24,697 bases of DNA, from the NCBI GenBank assembly GCA_964035545.1, contig CAXIUT010000099.1, forward strand, positions 1-24,697, in the 5' to 3' direction. The stretch comes from Bugula neritina. Its lineage: Eukaryota > Animalia > Bryozoa. The position numbers and the translations under genes were made by a program. Positions 21,707-24,697 of the stretch are shown here, piece after piece (the first letter of the stretch is position 1; each line of letters starts with the position of its first letter). Under the pieces are notes generated by a model. It did not search any database. It was not told where the DNA came from and worked only from the letters and a program-made list of their open reading frames with translations.

Positions 21707-22301
21707 TCATCTCTTCATTTTATTTTTGCCTTTTTTGATCTTTTTTTATTTTTTATTCTACCTGTCTTCTTGAATGCTTAAATATTCTATAAGATCAGCT
21801 ATATATCCTTCGAATTTGCATTTTTTTATTCTATTTTTATGAGAAGATGACGAAATATGCTAAATTTAAACATTTTTACTTCAAGGTAATCAGGAAAATA
21901 TTTTTTGCAAACATAGCAGAGCTGACTTGATCGAGGTTTAGGAGTCATCTGAATTATGAAATATTTACTATTTTACTAGCTATTATTTGGGTGCTTAGCT
22001 ATCTTAGTTTAGTTTTATGAACTGTTTGAAGTTTTTTATCATGTTCTTTTCCATCAAATTCATTCAAAAATGCCGAAGAATAATATTTTTTATCAAAATT
22101 GAACTTTGGAGTGATAGAGTATTATGTTAATTTTTTTTTGTTCTCTTTGATATCAAGAGCCTTGACAGGAGTAAAACTAGCAAGAATATTTTCTTCATCG
22201 GAATATTAAGATGTGGGTTTTAGAGAGAAAAGATGACTATCATCAAGTTTAGAGCAATAGTATTTTGTATTTTGAGGTGATGATTCAGTTGAATAGCTCA
22301 T
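21707..22301 (-). CDS. DBF4-type zinc-finger protein, 184 aa, two 20-nt introns
   Basis: After splicing it reads LCYVCKKYFPDYLEHISSSSHK (C-x2-C-x9-H-x5-H). ATG 22301, TGA 21707-21709. Confidence 0.78.
21860..21879 (-). other. 20-nt spliceosomal intron
   Basis: GTAAAAATGTTTAAATTTAG; removal completes the zinc finger. Confidence 0.85.
21949..21968 (-). other. 20-nt spliceosomal intron
   Basis: GTAAATATTTCATAATTCAG; the unspliced frame hits TGA immediately after it. Confidence 0.8.
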
Positions 22302-23327
22302 AAATGATATGAATATATTTTGCGCGAAATATATCTCTATTCGAAATAAGGATTTCGGCTCTCTAAGTTTTAAATATTTATTTTGAATAAAATATTTAAT
22401 TTTATTATTAACTTTTACTCTTTAAAGACTAAATTGATCAAAATATGATAAAATCAATTATAAAATATGAAAAAGTATGAGATATTGATTGATTTTTAGG
22501 GCAGTTAAAATTCAATATTTAAATTTAAAGTTTCAAAATAAGATAATATTATTTACAAAGGAACTTCTGTTCTTTTATTGAATCAATAAATAAACTAAAA
22601 ATATCATAGATAAGCTTAAATCATTAATTCTTATATTTATCTTTTAAAAATAAATTCAAAAATAGATTATCATCTGGAACTCAAAAGAGTAAGTATTCTT
22701 ATCTTTTAGTTTGGTTTATAAAATTGATAAAAATAGGATGGTAGTTTCTTGTTGTGATATTAGGGAAAAGGGGTATTCAAAACATAATTAGCTTGTCAAA
22801 AAAGGATTATGAATATAAAAGGTAATAAACAAAATGGTCTAAAATTTAAAGATCGTTTTATTGATATCGGTTAAGTTGAAAAGAACTGGAGTGAGGATGA
22901 AGGTACTTTTACTTTTATAAAAATATAAAATAGTAGTTAATCAAAAATCAATTTTAAATTAAGTAGTTGAAGAATATATAAAATATCAATTGGATCTACT
23001 TATTTTAGTTAATTATATCTTAGCAGCAATCTTTACTCAATATTTGATAATGTTTTATCATGAAGAAGAAATAAAAAATACTCGTAAAAATCAGTTATAA
23101 TTCTAATTTGAAAAAGGGACACTTTCAAATTCAGAAACCCTTTCGTTTTCAAAGTAAATCATCTAAAGATTCTAATAAAAGACTCTCTTTCTTTGTGTGA
23201 AAAGTTAGCTTATTTATCTTATAAGCCTTGAAGAATTTAAAATCAAATGAGATAAGGAGCGAAGAGGTTTTGTTCTGCTGTAAGCTAAAAGAATTCCATG
23301 GTTAAAGGATAATTAAGGGCAAATTAA

Positions 23328-23787
23328 TCACCATGACTGTATTACTTTTTCTTTGATTTCGATTAGTATGGAAGAGCCACTCTTCTGAATGGAATACCAG
23401 TCGTTTTTTTTACACTGTTTGAAATTCAGTGGTGCGCTTATCAAGTGTTGTGGCTTCCCATCTCTCCATCAGTTCTTTGTGTTGTTCATGCTGCTTGTCA
23501 ACGTATTCTTCTGCCATTGACTTCTGCACTTTCTTATGGACTTAGCCCATAATTGACTTCAAGTCATCTTTATATTTAAGTTGGAGCTTCTGGTGATGAC
23601 TTCTGCATTGATCAGGGGTTCTTTTTCTAAGAATTTTAGACAAACGAAAGAATACTTTGGACCTTCTCCTGTTTTTTTACGTAAGGAAATCATCAATGTT
23701 ATCTTGCATAAACTTCAGGTAGACAAAGTTTTCCCATGAGCTCCATGCCCCGATAAATATTTTCTTCTTATTGACTTTAAATCCCAT
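23328..23787 (-). CDS. SHHQK-class Myb-like DNA-binding protein
   Basis: GAWSSWENFVYLKF...RRRSKVFFRLSKILRKRTPDQCRSHHQK. The end is uncertain: TGA 23328 if the homopolymer at 23404-23411 has one extra base, otherwise TGA 23149. The start may lie further upstream. Confidence 0.8.
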
Positions 23788-24579
23788 TTTTTTTATTTGA
23801 TGGTATTCTGGCTAAAAACTTTCTTATTAGGAGCTATTAGTCAATTTAGGAACAATGGGAGGTTACTAAAGTTGTTTGATGAGGGGCTCATAGAGTTGTT
23901 GAAAGGGAAATTATATTTTATGTTCCATATGACTTTATCTCCCAAAAATTTATTATAATTCACATCAACTCTATATCTCGATTCAATTTTCCCAAAGATG
24001 TCCAAACTTAAATATAGAAACTTTATTACCATTTGATTTGATTTTTCTCTTCCCTTCTTAGCTATCTGCTTCTTTTTGATGCAGTTTCTAATCTCTGATT
24101 TTTTCTAAGTTGAATTATAAACTTAGAGCTAGTTGGCTAATAAACTTTGACAACTATTTTAGAGCAAATATGAGGTTGTGCATTGGTGATGTCTCTTTTC
24201 CTACAATTTTATAATATTGAGAGTAGTATCAGGAGGAAACTTGTCCCGAAAATAAACAAAAGACAAAAATCATTATAAAATAAATTTGATGAAACATTAG
24301 GCTTCAGTGAGAGTCTGGAGATCATATGATATTTGTTTGATTAATTATTTGTTGCTTAAACCTGTATTTGAGGAGGAAGTCCGAAGGAGTATTTTATAAT
24401 AAATTCAGATAGGATTTTATAGTTTAGATCATAGGGATCTAAGAGTTTCAAAAATTCATAAGTAAAAAAAATATTCTTATTTTCATACAATTTATCTTCT
24501 ATGATTCTTTCTAAGTTGAAATGATAGATAAAATAGATAGTATCTAATAAATAAAGTCATATTTTTATTGAATAATTAT

Positions 24580-24697
24580 GGGGGGGTTGGGGTTGGGGTT
24601 GGGGTTGGGGTTGGGGTTGGGGTTGGGGTTGGGGTTGGGGTTGGGGTTGGGGTTGGGGTTGGGGGTTGGGGTTGGGGGTTGGGGGGTTGGGGTTGGG
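24580..24697. repeat. Right telomere, (TTGGGG)n
   Basis: Terminal TTGGGG array with some G-run length variation. Confidence 0.98.

Noticed and set aside
22445-23320. Possible multi-exon plus-strand gene (intron-like GTAAGT...TTAG at 22689-22709, 21 nt)
   Set aside because: I could not build a coherent TGA-free model by hand; left unannotated.
860-23787. Standard ciliate code (TAR=Gln) or mass pseudogenisation
   Set aside because: Long frames lack TGA and keep their motifs, and diagnostic TAA sites match Glu. Gln is disfavoured, though not formally excluded for TAG.
23841-24530. Minus-strand open stretch including track ORF 23841-24032
   Set aside because: No recognisable motif and no convincing start; an upstream TGA interrupts the frame.

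Overview
Ciliate macronuclear DNA with C4A2 (CCCCAA/TTGGGG) telomeres. TGA is the only stop codon. In-frame TAA/TAG fall on conserved Glu positions, which points to the peritrich-type code (NCBI table 30, TAR=Glu) rather than the usual ciliate Gln code, so the supplied standard-code ORF track is mostly fragments or wrong frames. The window has two parts joined at an internal telomere (12518-12593). Part 1 (1-12593) is a complete telomere-to-telomere minichromosome of about 12.6 kb carrying only intronless genes for signal-peptide proteins. Two are tandem paralogues built from 3 and 6 copies of a ~150-aa domain that looks like a circularly permuted DUF642/galactose-binding-like module, joined by Ser/Pro linkers. 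The third is a convergent 1612-aa cysteine-rich (furin-like) protein, whose 3' end also survives as two relic copies. Part 2 (12594-24697) is more AT-rich and gene-dense, ends in a telomere, and encodes a Frag1/DRAM-family membrane protein, a copine, an Atg12/Atg8-like protein lacking the terminal Gly, a kinase, a DBF4-type zinc finger, an SHHQK Myb protein and hypotheticals. All five introns I could infer are exactly 20 nt. All translations were done by hand and family calls are from motif recognition, not database searches.
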